A stretch of 32,000 bases of DNA from Nanopusillaceae archaeon (lineage in GTDB: Archaea > Nanobdellota > Nanobdellia > Nanobdellales > Nanobdellaceae), in contig JAVYNJ010000001.1 of NCBI GenBank assembly GCA_038735675.1, positions 16,408 to 48,407 of the forward strand. Reading direction: 5' to 3'. The notes below the pieces were generated by a model that was given only the letters and a program-made list of their open reading frames with translations, was not told the DNA's origin and did not search any database. Position 1 is the stretch's first letter. The number at the start of each line of letters is the position of its first letter. This document shows positions 8,243 through 16,798 of the stretch, in pieces. The translations under genes were made by a program, and so were the position numbers.

Positions 8243-8967
8243 AATAATTCCTTTACTTTTTCACCTTCAATAATTACTGGTTTTTGACCAATTTTTATAT
8301 AGCTAACAACAATTCTTTCAAAAGTGAAATTATCTTTTAGATGATTTTTTAATATATTTATTCCTAATTTTATTGCCTTCTCAACTGTAATATTTTCTTC
8401 ATACTCTTTTTCCAAAATCTGCATTATTTTGTCTTCTCCCTCTCCAATAACTATAGCATAATATTGATAATATATTCCTGAAGGATCCATAGAAAATATT
8501 TTTGGCATATCATCGTTATCAATTCCAGCAATAATTATTGAAACTCCAAAAGGTCTTACTCCGCTGTATCTGGTATAATATTGCATTATATTTCCTATTT
8601 CTCTAACTAAAGATAATAGATCTATTTTGCTTCCGAAGTTAATTTTATGATTTTGTGCTATTTCTCTGGCAGTATCTAATAAAACTCTTCCATCTGGAAT
8701 AAATCCAGCAAAAGAAGATATAATATGATCATCAATTATAACTACTTTTTCTATAGAATCACCAACGATTAATTTATTAGGAACTTTTTTATCAGCAACT
8801 ATTACAATACCGTCCTTAGCTCTAATTCCTATAGCTGTAGATCCAGACCTAGCTGCTTGTTTTGCATATTCTACCTGCAATATTCTTCCTTCTGGAGAAA
8901 ATATAGTGATTGCTCTGTCATAACCAGCTGCAGGATATGGTACTTCAAATTCCATGAAAAAATACAA
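8239..8967 (-). CDS. psmA: Proteasome subunit alpha
   Basis: It carries the signature YDRAITIFSPEGRILQVEYA followed by an Ntn-hydrolase fold pattern. The true start may be the internal MEFEV Met, four codons in. Confidence 0.9.
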   Translation of the reverse strand: MYFFMEFEVPYPAAGYDRAITIFSPEGRILQVEYAKQAARSGSTAIGIRAKDGIVIVADKKVPNKLIVGDSIEKVVIIDDHIISSFAGFIPDGRVLLDTAREIAQNHKINFGSKIDLLSLVREIGNIMQYYTRYSGVRPFGVSIIIAGIDNDDMPKIFSMDPSGIYYQYYAIVIGEGEDKIMQILEKEYEENITVEKAIKLGINILKNHLKDNFTFERIVVSYIKIGQKPVIIEGEKVKELL

Positions 8968-8978
8968 TATTAAAAATT

Positions 8979-9260
8979 TTAAAAAGATACATTATATTCT
9001 TTTTTAAATTCCTTAATGGTTTTGTAAATTTTTAATACTCTAGCTTTTATTAAATATAGAACAAAAATTAATTTATACAAACACTTTCTGTTTATTGAAA
9101 TTAGGTCAAATTTATCATTGCTAAATATTATTTTTATTTTTGCTTTAGAAAAGTTAAAAAATCCAAAAAAATAGATGTATTTTTCTTTTATCTTCTCTTC
9201 TATATTTGGAATATGTTCTAATAATATATATCTTCTTTTAATTCTATAACTTGGTATCAA
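8979..9260 (-). CDS. Probable RNase P protein component 2 (Pop5/Rpp14 family), minimal 93-aa form
   Basis: Three blocks are collinear with the Pyrococcus Pop5 pattern as I recall it:
- N-terminus IPSYRIKRRYILLE against LPPTLRDKKRYIAFKV.
- Central FSKAKIKIIFSNDKFDLISINRKCLYKLIFVLYLI.
- C-terminal KTIKEFKKEY.
The position upstream of psmA matches the archaeal superoperon. Confidence 0.5.
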   Translation of the reverse strand: MIPSYRIKRRYILLEHIPNIEEKIKEKYIYFFGFFNFSKAKIKIIFSNDKFDLISINRKCLYKLIFVLYLIKARVLKIYKTIKEFKKEYNVSF

Positions 9261-9262
9261 TT

Positions 9263-10192
9263 CTACTCTTCTTCTTCTCTGTGCAATTTCTCTTCTATAT
9301 CTTTTAGTTCTAATTTATCTATTAGTTCTTTATATCTATTTCTAATCGTTACTTCTGTTATTCCTGCTACTTCTGCAATTTCTTTTTGAGTTTTTGAAAT
9401 TCCATGTTTTACACATGCAATGTAGATTGCAGCAGCAGCTATTCCTGAAGGACCTCTTCCTGCTGTTATATCTAAGTTTTTAGCCTTGTCTACTAGCTCT
9501 ACTGCCGTTGCAGTAACTTCAGGGGGAAGATTTAATATTGAAGAAAATCTATGAACGTATTCGACAACGTCTATTGGCATTATTTTTATTTTTAATGCAT
9601 GAATCAAGTGTTTGTAAGTTCTTCCTAATTCCTTTTTATGGATTCCTGAAGCTTTTACAATTTCATCCATTGTTCTAGCTACATCATGCATTCTACATGC
9701 TATATAAACACAAGCTGCGATTACAGCTTCTATAGATCTTCCTCTAATTAATCCTTTTTCTACTGCAGTTAAATATAGCTTTAGAGCTGTTTCCTCGGCT
9801 TGTCTAGGTAATTGTAAGAAAGAGGACAATCTTTTTAATTCTTGTTGTGCTAATTTTAAGTTTCTTTCATAAGAGCTAGTAGATCTTTGCTGCCATTTTT
9901 TTAATTTTCTAGATAATATTCTTTCTTCTATATTTTTGCTTTCCGATTCTCCTATCTCTGTTATTAGAGAGCTAGCTATGTTAGAATATCTTATCGCACT
10001 TCCCGTTCTTGATCTTTCAGAATCCTCTCTCTCTTCCATAGTTCTCCATTCTTTTCCTAAATATAGTACAGTATCTAATACATATCCACACTTTGTGCAC
10101 ACTAATTCAGATGTTTTTGGATTGTATATAAATTCTGTATTTCCGCATATAGGACATACTTTTTTTTCATCTTTAACGAGCTTTTGAGCCAT
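9263..10192 (-). CDS. tfb: Transcription initiation factor B (TFB/TFIIB)
   Basis: 309 aa. It has an N-terminal Zn ribbon (CPICGNTEFIYNPKTSELVCTKCGYVL), a B-finger/linker, and two cyclin-fold repeats (RGRSIEAVIAACVYIACR and GRGPSGIAAAAIYIAC). Confidence 0.95.
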   Translation of the reverse strand: MAQKLVKDEKKVCPICGNTEFIYNPKTSELVCTKCGYVLDTVLYLGKEWRTMEEREDSERSRTGSAIRYSNIASSLITEIGESESKNIEERILSRKLKKWQQRSTSSYERNLKLAQQELKRLSSFLQLPRQAEETALKLYLTAVEKGLIRGRSIEAVIAACVYIACRMHDVARTMDEIVKASGIHKKELGRTYKHLIHALKIKIMPIDVVEYVHRFSSILNLPPEVTATAVELVDKAKNLDITAGRGPSGIAAAAIYIACVKHGISKTQKEIAEVAGITEVTIRNRYKELIDKLELKDIEEKLHREEEE

Positions 10193-10213
10193 CTAAAATT
10201 TATAAATTTAATT

Positions 10214-10225
10214 CTTATAAACTTT
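10214..10225 (-). promoter_or_regulatory. Candidate BRE/TATA for tfb (AAAG-TTTATAAG)
   Basis: On the minus strand, AAAGTTTATAAG places the TATA box at about -29 to -22 from the tfb ATG. That spacing implies a leaderless or near-leaderless mRNA. The AT-rich background makes chance matches likely. Confidence 0.35.
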
Positions 10226-10323
10226 AATTTTTAAAGTATTAATTAAAAATAAATTACTTAAAGGTAAAAAAAGCCATTGTAAATATTAATAAAATTTTAT
10301 CTGACAGATACATATACAAAAGC

Positions 10324-10587
10324 TCAAAATAGAGTTAATAAGGATTTTGCTAACAGATATGAAGCAAAGACAAGTACCAATATTTTAATATTCAAAAATA
10401 GAACTATGATTGATAAAAGATCCAAAATATTTAAAAAATTTACTATGCTAAAAAAATTTTTTAAAGATAATATTAAAAATACAATTGTTTTTATAGAAAA
10501 TATGTATACTATAGGAAAAATTATTTGAATTTTCCAGAAACAATAGATGGAAAAAATAAAGTCGATTAAATTTAATAGTTTATACAT
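10324..10587 (-). CDS. Questionable small hydrophobic ORF (87 aa)
   Basis: The only evidence is an open frame with hydrophobic, low-complexity I/L/F composition. It lies 14 nt downstream of the 262-aa membrane ORF on the same strand. Confidence 0.2.
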   Translation of the reverse strand: MYKLLNLIDFIFSIYCFWKIQIIFPIVYIFSIKTIVFLILSLKNFFSIVNFLNILDLLSIIVLFLNIKILVLVFASYLLAKSLLTLF

Positions 10588-10601
10588 GAAGAATAAATAT
10601 T

Positions 10602-11390
10602 TTATATTGTTTCAGCATATTTTCTTAGCCAGACCACACCATATATTATTATTGAAGCCAATAATAAAAGAATTGGATGAATTATTAAAGAAAATATAGA
10701 TAAGAATAAAAGTGTTATTGTTGAAGCTACTAAAAAGGGTTTTTTGGTCATTAAATAGATATCTCCTATAGATATTCTTAGATACTTATAACCCATTTTA
10801 GAGGATATTAGTGGGGTTAAAATTAAACAGAAGGGTATTATAGAAGATACAGTATAGTAAAATAAGAATTTATACGTGTAATATGCAAATCCTACAAAAA
10901 TGGTTCCGAAGAAAGATAAGTATTTTAATATTGAAAATATGATCCAGACAAATATAGTGCTTAAGAATATTATTTTTGCTTTTTCTGAATAGGTAACTTC
11001 GAGATTTTTAGATTTTCCTAATCTCTTGCTTTCAATTACTAAAAAATCTAAAGAGAATAGAATAGGTATTAAAAATCCGGCAGAGAGAAAGCTAAATATC
11101 AAAGTTAAAACGTAACTAAGATTTATCCTTTTTTTCTTTTCAACAATTTCTTTTTTTATATGATTGTATGTCTTTATAGATTTTTCTATTTCTAATAGCT
11201 TAAAATCTACAAATAAACCATAGTAGGAAGAAACTAAGCTATAAACCAATTTTAATATTGTAAAAGCTACTATTGTATAAACTAGAGAAAATATAAAGTT
11301 AGAAATTCCTATAAATATACTATCCCATTTATCAAAGGAAAGAAAGAAGGCAATTATAGCTAGATATAAAATAATTTTTTTGTCTAACAT
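10602..11390 (-). CDS. Hypothetical multi-pass membrane protein
   Basis: 262 aa with several hydrophobic helices. No catalytic motif such as HExxH is recognised. Confidence 0.4.
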   Translation of the reverse strand: MLDKKIILYLAIIAFFLSFDKWDSIFIGISNFIFSLVYTIVAFTILKLVYSLVSSYYGLFVDFKLLEIEKSIKTYNHIKKEIVEKKKRINLSYVLTLIFSFLSAGFLIPILFSLDFLVIESKRLGKSKNLEVTYSEKAKIIFLSTIFVWIIFSILKYLSFFGTIFVGFAYYTYKFLFYYTVSSIIPFCLILTPLISSKMGYKYLRISIGDIYLMTKKPFLVASTITLLFLSIFSLIIHPILLLLASIIIYGVVWLRKYAETI

Positions 11391-11442
11391 AAATATTTTC
11401 TTAAGTTTTTATTTTTATACTTTTATATTGTAAATCAAGAAT

Positions 11443-13278
11443 ATGAATATGGACCTAACAGAGATATTAAAATTTAATACTACAGAAGAAATAAAAGTTC
11501 CTGATAAAATAATCGATCAAATTATCGGTCAGGATCATGTTTTAGATATAATAAAAAAGGCAGCTAACCAAAGAAGACATTTATTGCTTATTGGAGATCC
11601 AGGAACTGGAAAATCTATGGTAGCACAAGCTTTAGCAGAATTAATATCTGAAAATAAGGACTTTGTGAAGAATTTGCAAGATTTTCTAGTTTATCCAAAT
11701 CCAAAGGATGAATATCAGCCCATTATAGTTACAACACCTGCGGGATATGGTAAGAAAATAGTTGAGGAGATTAGAAAGAGAGAGGAAGAAAAAATAAGAG
11801 CATATCAAATATATTATTATATAATTCTAATTATTGCAATTTTAACGCCATGGTATTTTTACAGTATTGGAAATATGATAATGGCAGCAGCTACCTTTAT
11901 AGGATCTATGATTCTTTTTGCAGGATTGTCTTTTTCTTTTCAAGCTATTCAAAAGCAAATCTATAGAAAAATACCAAAACTATTGATAGATAATTCTGAT
12001 AAAAAATCTGTTCCCTTTATAGATGCTACAGGGGCTCATGAAGGAATGTTATTTGGAGATGTATTGCACGATCCCTTTCAATCTGGTGGTCTTGAAACTC
12101 CAGCTCATCAGAGAGTTATAGCTGGAGCAATACATAAAGCTCATGGAGGTGTTTTGTTTGTAGATGAAATAGGTACATGGAGACCGGAAGTTCAAATAGA
12201 ATTATTAACAGTACTTCAAGAAAAGAAGTATCCAATATATGGAAGATCAGAAAGAAGTGCCGGATCTATGGTTAGAACAACTCCTGCACCATCTGATTTT
12301 GTTCTAGTTGCTGCAGGAAATATAGAAACAATAAAACATCTACATCCAGCTTTAAGATCTAGAATAAGAGGATATGGATATGAAATATTGATGAACTCCG
12401 AAATAGAATTTAATGAAGAAAATATTAAAAAATTTGCTCAATTTGTAGCTCAGGAAGTTGGTAAAGATGGAAAAATACCCCATTTTACGAGAGATGCTGT
12501 TATAGAAATAATTAAAGAAGCTCAAAGAAGAGCGGGAAGCAAAAGATATCTATCTCTTAGATTAAGAGATTTGGGAGGATTAATAAGATTGGCTGGAGAT
12601 ATAGCAAAAGCAAAGAATAAGAAATATGTGGAAGCAGAGGATGTTTTAGAAGCTAAAAGGGCTGCAGCAACTTTAGAAGAAAAAATAGTTAAGGATTATA
12701 TCAAAAAAAGAAAAGAATATGAAATAATAAAGATTAGAGGGCATGAAGTTGGAAGAGTTAACGGTTTGGCAGTAATTGGATCTAGATTATTCTATTCAGG
12801 TGTAGTTTTACCCTTAGAAGCTGAAGTTGTTCCAGGAAAGGGTAGGGGAAAGATATTTGCCACTGGAAATCTAGGAAAAATAGCTAAAGAAGCTATATTG
12901 AATGTTTCTACAGTCGTTAAGAAGTTATATAAGGAAGATCTCAAAAAGTATGATGTTCATGTTCAGTTTTTACAAACTTATGAGGGAGTAGAAGGAGATT
13001 CTGCATCTATAGCTGTAGCAACAGCAATAATATCTGCATTAAAAGGATGGAAAATAAGGCAAGATTTAGCAATGACCGGATCTTTATCTATTAGAGGTGA
13101 AGTTTTGCCAGTTGGAGGGATTATAGCTAAAGTTGAAGCTGCTGTTGAAGCTGGATTAAATGAAGTTATAATTCCAGAATCGAATAAGGAAGATGTTCCA
13201 GACTATTTAATAGATAAAATAAAGATATCTCCAGTAAAAAATATAGAAGAAGTTATAGATATTGCAATAGCCAAATAG
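11443..13278 (+). CDS. lon: Archaeal membrane-anchored Lon protease (LonB)
   Basis: It has Walker A (GDPGTGKS) and Walker B (LFVDEIG). Two TM helices are inserted in the AAA+ module ([14 protein letters not shown]...MILFAGLSF). The protease domain carries the catalytic Ser ([16 protein letters not shown]) and the Lys region ([10 protein letters not shown]). Confidence 0.9.
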   Translation: MNMDLTEILKFNTTEEIKVPDKIIDQIIGQDHVLDIIKKAANQRRHLLLIGDPGTGKSMVAQALAELISENKDFVKNLQDFLVYPNPKDEYQPIIVTTPAGYGKKIVEEIRKREEEKIRAYQIYYYIILIIAILTPWYFYSIGNMIMAAATFIGSMILFAGLSFSFQAIQKQIYRKIPKLLIDNSDKKSVPFIDATGAHEGMLFGDVLHDPFQSGGLETPAHQRVIAGAIHKAHGGVLFVDEIGTWRPEVQIELLTVLQEKKYPIYGRSERSAGSMVRTTPAPSDFVLVAAGNIETIKHLHPALRSRIRGYGYEILMNSEIEFNEENIKKFAQFVAQEVGKDGKIPHFTRDAVIEIIKEAQRRAGSKRYLSLRLRDLGGLIRLAGDIAKAKNKKYVEAEDVLEAKRAAATLEEKIVKDYIKKRKEYEIIKIRGHEVGRVNGLAVIGSRLFYSGVVLPLEAEVVPGKGRGKIFATGNLGKIAKEAILNVSTVVKKLYKEDLKKYDVHVQFLQTYEGVEGDSASIAVATAIISALKGWKIRQDLAMTGSLSIRGEVLPVGGIIAKVEAAVEAGLNEVIIPESNKEDVPDYLIDKIKISPVKNIEEVIDIAIAK

Positions 13279-13281
13279 GAA

Positions 13282-15309
13282 TTATAAATTGTTAGGCTTT
13301 TTTGATAGATACTTTGTAGAATATAGAGGTCTATAGGGATATTTCTTAGTCTTATCTTTTATTTCTTCTATTAAATCATCAATTTTTATTTCTTTCTTTT
13401 CTCCGTTTCTTTTTCTTACATTTATTGTTTTATTCGTATATTCTTTTTCTCCTATAACTATAATGTAAGGAATCCATAATTTTTCAGCATCCAAAATTTT
13501 TCTTCCTAAAGTTAAATCTCTATCATCGATTTCTACTCTGATATTGTTTTCTTCAAGAATCTTAGAAATCTCTTCAGCATATTCTAAATATTTTTCTGAA
13601 ATAGGTAAAATTCTAACTTGTACTGGTGAAAGCCATAAAGGCAACTCAGGTTTTTCTTTTTTTAAAGCACCATTAAATACAGCATAAAGATATCTTTCTA
13701 TGGAACCCAAAATTGCATTATGAATTATTATAACATAATTTTCATTGTTTTTTTCATCTATATATTTTATTCCAAATCTCTTTCCATTTCCAATATCTAT
13801 TTGTGTTGTTCCAATTTCTCTAACTCTCCTAAGAATATCTATTATATTATATTCTATGTTTACTACCCAGTATCTTTCTTCTGCAGGAGGATATATACAT
13901 ACTAAAACAGGTTTATTTACATCAATAACAATATCTTTTATTAACCATTTGTAATTTTCATAAAATTCTGGTGATCCGAAGTTAATTAATAGCTCATAAT
14001 CGTTATTTATTTTTTTAATTTCTTCCATTATTTTTTTATGCATGTAGAAGAAAAGATTTTTTGCTTCTTCTATGTTTTTACAAAATATATGAAGATCTGG
14101 CATAGTGAATTTTCTTAATCTGAATCCTAAAAGAAGTTCTCCTGGCTTTTCGAATCTATAAGAATCTGCTATCTCTAGCATACCAAATGGAAGATTTTTC
14201 TGAGAGAGTATTACATCTTTAGCTATAGAAAATTGTTGAAAACATGCAGCATATCTTAGAACAAAGTTAGATTTATCTGTTTCAACTTCATACATCCTTT
14301 CTCCAAATAATTTTGCATGTTTAGAAACTGGTCCCTCTTTTAAATCAAACATATTTGTTCCTTTAACTATATATATTGGAATATCCAAATTTTTAGATAT
14401 TTCAATGGCGTAATCTGCTACTAAATCTGTTAATAGAGCGGCATATGGCTTATATCTCATATGTCCATAATCAGAATAAGGTTCCCACTCGAATCCAAAC
14501 TTTTCTAAAGATTCTCTTATAATATTTTCATGAGATTCTAAATATTCTTTTCCTAATGCTTCTTTTTCTATTAATATTTTGAAATCTTCGCTAAAGCTAT
14601 TTTTATCTATTTTTAAATTTCCGTTTATGTCTTTTGAACATATATCATTAATATTTTGTAAATTGGATATAGCATCAGGCCATTTCATTATTTCTAATTT
14701 GTCATCTAAGTCTTTTGTTATAAGATATTCTCTACCATCTGGATATACTATTAGAAATCTCTTTTTTAGCTTTTTTTCTTCAATTTCCTTCTTTTTTTCT
14801 TCTTTAATCTTAATTACAACATAATCATTCTCTCTCTGAACCACATATGTGCTATCTAAAAATTTTAAAATATCTAAGAGATATTCTGAAACATCTATAT
14901 CTTTATAAAGTTGTCTAGATAATTCTGAAAGGGGATGACCCTTTATTTTTATTTCGAAAGATTTATACCATCCAAATGGTATTCTATAAACATCGTAGCC
15001 TTTTTCTTTTAATTTTTCTTCTAAATTTCTTAATAGTTTTAAACTTTCTTCAGGATTTTTTGGAAATGCTGTTAAGTGAACATAAGGATATAAAACAATT
15101 TTATTGACCTTTAATTTTTTTGAAACATTAACTATCTCATCAACAGATTTTGCAGTAGTGTTTAGATTATCGTATTTTTCTATAGAGATAAAGCAAACAA
15201 GGCAGTCTTCTATATTTATTTCTTTATCTACTATTTCCTCGGCTTCCTCAATTGCTTTTTTATTTATATAAACTTTTATATAGTCAGAGTGAAGAAAAAG
15301 TATTTTCAT
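13282..15309 (-). CDS. thrS: Threonyl-tRNA synthetase, archaeal type with N-terminal editing domain
   Basis: 675 aa. The N-terminus MKILFLHSDYIKV... resembles the archaeal ThrRS editing domain. Class II core motifs are present (FRLRKFTMPDLHIF, GSIERYLY), followed by a C-terminal anticodon-binding domain pattern (PVQVRILPISEKYLEYAEEI). Confidence 0.88.
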   Translation of the reverse strand: MKILFLHSDYIKVYINKKAIEEAEEIVDKEINIEDCLVCFISIEKYDNLNTTAKSVDEIVNVSKKLKVNKIVLYPYVHLTAFPKNPEESLKLLRNLEEKLKEKGYDVYRIPFGWYKSFEIKIKGHPLSELSRQLYKDIDVSEYLLDILKFLDSTYVVQRENDYVVIKIKEEKKKEIEEKKLKKRFLIVYPDGREYLITKDLDDKLEIMKWPDAISNLQNINDICSKDINGNLKIDKNSFSEDFKILIEKEALGKEYLESHENIIRESLEKFGFEWEPYSDYGHMRYKPYAALLTDLVADYAIEISKNLDIPIYIVKGTNMFDLKEGPVSKHAKLFGERMYEVETDKSNFVLRYAACFQQFSIAKDVILSQKNLPFGMLEIADSYRFEKPGELLLGFRLRKFTMPDLHIFCKNIEEAKNLFFYMHKKIMEEIKKINNDYELLINFGSPEFYENYKWLIKDIVIDVNKPVLVCIYPPAEERYWVVNIEYNIIDILRRVREIGTTQIDIGNGKRFGIKYIDEKNNENYVIIIHNAILGSIERYLYAVFNGALKKEKPELPLWLSPVQVRILPISEKYLEYAEEISKILEENNIRVEIDDRDLTLGRKILDAEKLWIPYIIVIGEKEYTNKTINVRKRNGEKKEIKIDDLIEEIKDKTKKYPYRPLYSTKYLSKKPNNL

Positions 15310-15325
15310 TAATAAGGATTTTAGG

Positions 15326-15340
15326 AAAGTTTATATAAAA
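15326..15340. promoter_or_regulatory. Candidate BRE/TATA element AAAGTTTATATAAAA in the thrS/rps24e divergent spacer
   Basis: The TATA core at 15330-15337 lies about -28 to -21 from the thrS ATG (minus strand) and about -49 to -42 from the rps24e ATG (plus strand). The purine-rich GAAAG upstream on the plus strand favours plus orientation. Direction is unresolved. Confidence 0.3.
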
Positions 15341-15378
15341 TTAACATTTAAAATTCTTTTTTAATTTATAATGGATCT

Positions 15379-15663
15379 ATGGAAATAAAAATAATTGAAA
15401 GAAATGAAAATAAAATTCTAGATAGAGATGAAATATATGCTATAATAGAACACAAAAATGAGGCTACTCCGAAAAGAGAAGATATAAAGAAGAAGATAGC
15501 GGCAATGATTGGAGCGGATGAAAATCTCGTGGTTATAAAAAAAATATTGAGTTTTTATAACCAACAAAAATCTAGAGTTTGGGTAAATGTTTATAGAGAT
15601 AGAAATTCTATGATAAAGCTTGAGCCAAAATATATTTTAAAAAGAAACAAATTAATTGAATAA
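15379..15663 (+). CDS. rps24e: Ribosomal protein S24e (eS24)
   Basis: 94 aa. The pattern MEIKIIERNENKILDRDEIYAIIEHKNEATPKREDIKKKIAAMIGADENLVVIKKI matches archaeal S24e. Confidence 0.85.
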   Translation: MEIKIIERNENKILDRDEIYAIIEHKNEATPKREDIKKKIAAMIGADENLVVIKKILSFYNQQKSRVWVNVYRDRNSMIKLEPKYILKRNKLIE

Positions 15664-15830
15664 TGGCAAAAAAGCAGGAAAAAGCATATGTAACAAAATA
15701 TTATAAAATAGACGAAAATAAAGTAATAAAATTGAAAAAAATATGTCCAAATTGCTCTGTATACATGGCAGAACATAAAGATAGATACCACTGTGGAAAT
15801 TGCGGATACACAGAATTTAAAGCAAAATAA
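15663..15830 (+). CDS. rps27ae: Ribosomal protein S27ae (eS31), 55 aa, not in the supplied ORF track
   Basis: Hand translation gives MAKKQEKAYVTKYYKIDENKVIKLKKICPNCSVYMAEHKDRYHCGNCGYTEFKAK. This has the C4 zinc-ribbon pattern CPNC...CGNC and the YYK motif. Its start overlaps the S24e stop (TAATG), and S24e-S27ae is the conserved archaeal pair. Confidence 0.8.
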   Translation: MAKKQEKAYVTKYYKIDENKVIKLKKICPNCSVYMAEHKDRYHCGNCGYTEFKAK

Positions 15831-16134
15831 GATAAAAGTACTAAAAGGTTTTAGAGCTTATATTGGTGTAATGTTTAAATTTTTAAAGGAGGGAGAGATT
15901 TATGTTTTAGATACAGGAAGAGAAATAGAAGATATAATACATACGTTTTTTTGTTTTAATAAAATAGATATATTTTTATTAAATGAAAAATTAGAGATAA
16001 TAGATTATTACAAAAATGTTCCACCTTTTAGAATAATAATTCCCAAGAGAAAATTTAGATATGTTGTTGAGGGATTAAATTTAAATGAAAAAATAATCAG
16101 GGAGGAGGTGCGATCATCATTAGTCAGATCTTAA
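15793..16134 (+). CDS. DUF192-like small protein (start uncertain: GTG 15793 or ATG 15871)
   Basis: The pattern GFRAYIGVMF...IIHTFFCFNKIDIFLLNEKLEIIDYYKNVPPF...YVVEG resembles the DUF192 (COG1430) consensus. The GTG start would overlap rps27ae by 38 nt. Confidence 0.4.
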   Translation: MEIADTQNLKQNKIKVLKGFRAYIGVMFKFLKEGEIYVLDTGREIEDIIHTFFCFNKIDIFLLNEKLEIIDYYKNVPPFRIIIPKRKFRYVVEGLNLNEKIIREEVRSSLVRS

Positions 16135-16769
16135 TTTTTCTTCATATTAAAATAATCTAATATTGTCTGTTTTTTAGTTTTTGTATCCTTTTTTATTATA
16201 TCTCTAATTTTTTCAAAATCGCTTTCAAACAATGATTTCCAATTAGCATGATAAAGAACCGCTGCAGGATGTAAAGTAGGTATTATGTAAGTATCTTTAT
16301 TCCATTTATTTATTACATATATTTTTCCCCTTTCTTTCATTATATTTGTAAAATTTAAACCGAAATACTCCATAATAAATTTTGTTGAATGTCTTCCTAA
16401 AGTTACTATTAAATTTGGCTTAATTTCTTCAATTTGTTTGATTAGCCATTCTGAACAATTTTTTATTTCTTCTTCTTTGGGATCTCTATTTTTTGGTGGT
16501 CTACATTTTATTAAATTTGTTATATATATTTCTTCTCTTTTTATACCTAGAATTTTCTCTATTTGTTCTGTTAAATATTTTCCAGCTTTTCCGACGAATG
16601 GCCTACCCTGTTTATCTTCTTCTGATCCTGGAGCTTCTCCAATAAAAATTATCTTATTTTCTGGATTTCCTTCTCCAGGAACGTAATTTATTTTTGAAAG
16701 ATGTAAAGGACATTTTTTACAGCTCTTTATTTGATTTGCAATCTCTTCAATTTTTTCTTTTATGTGCAT
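16131..16769 (-). CDS. udg: Uracil-DNA glycosylase, family 4 (thermophilic, Fe-S type)
   Basis: It has CKKCPLH...VPGEGNPENKIIFIGEAPGSEEDKQGRPFVGKAGKYL, a further Cys in LIKCRPP, and the HPAAVLY motif near the C-terminus. Confidence 0.9.
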   Translation of the reverse strand: MHIKEKIEEIANQIKSCKKCPLHLSKINYVPGEGNPENKIIFIGEAPGSEEDKQGRPFVGKAGKYLTEQIEKILGIKREEIYITNLIKCRPPKNRDPKEEEIKNCSEWLIKQIEEIKPNLIVTLGRHSTKFIMEYFGLNFTNIMKERGKIYVINKWNKDTYIIPTLHPAAVLYHANWKSLFESDFEKIRDIIKKDTKTKKQTILDYFNMKKN

Positions 16770-16798
16770 TTAAATATATTACCTAAAATAATAATTTA

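Noticed and set aside
9936-10187. 83-aa plus-strand ORF opposite the tfb 5' region.
   Set aside because: It lies entirely within tfb, whose Zn ribbon is encoded here on the minus strand. It is a shadow ORF.
10193-10323. The 131-bp spacer upstream of tfb (the longest in the window) as a possible ncRNA or CRISPR leader. It contains a CTGA at 10301-10304.
   Set aside because: It has no repeats, no GC-rich helices like those of the tRNAs, and no C box. It is best explained as the tfb promoter region plus the 3' flank of the neighbouring ORF.
13720-14824. Plus-strand ORFs 13720-13905, 13745-13954 and 14579-14824 opposite thrS.
   Set aside because: They are antisense shadows within a 675-aa aminoacyl-tRNA synthetase gene and have no recognisable features.
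15591-15791. 66-aa minus-strand ORF spanning the S24e 3' end and the S27ae region.
   Set aside because: The plus strand here encodes two recognisable ribosomal proteins (S24e and the 55-aa S27ae). The minus-strand product is F/C/I-rich nonsense.
16095-16134. A locally GC-richer patch (GGGAGGAGGTGCGATCATCATTAGTCAGATC) as a possible structured RNA.
   Set aside because: It is too short, has no convincing stem-loop or tRNA-like fold, and lies within the 3' end of the DUF192-like ORF and the 4-nt convergent overlap with udg.
16438-16686. 82-aa plus-strand ORF opposite the UDG gene.
   Set aside because: It is antisense to a gene with clear family-4 UDG motifs. It is a shadow ORF.
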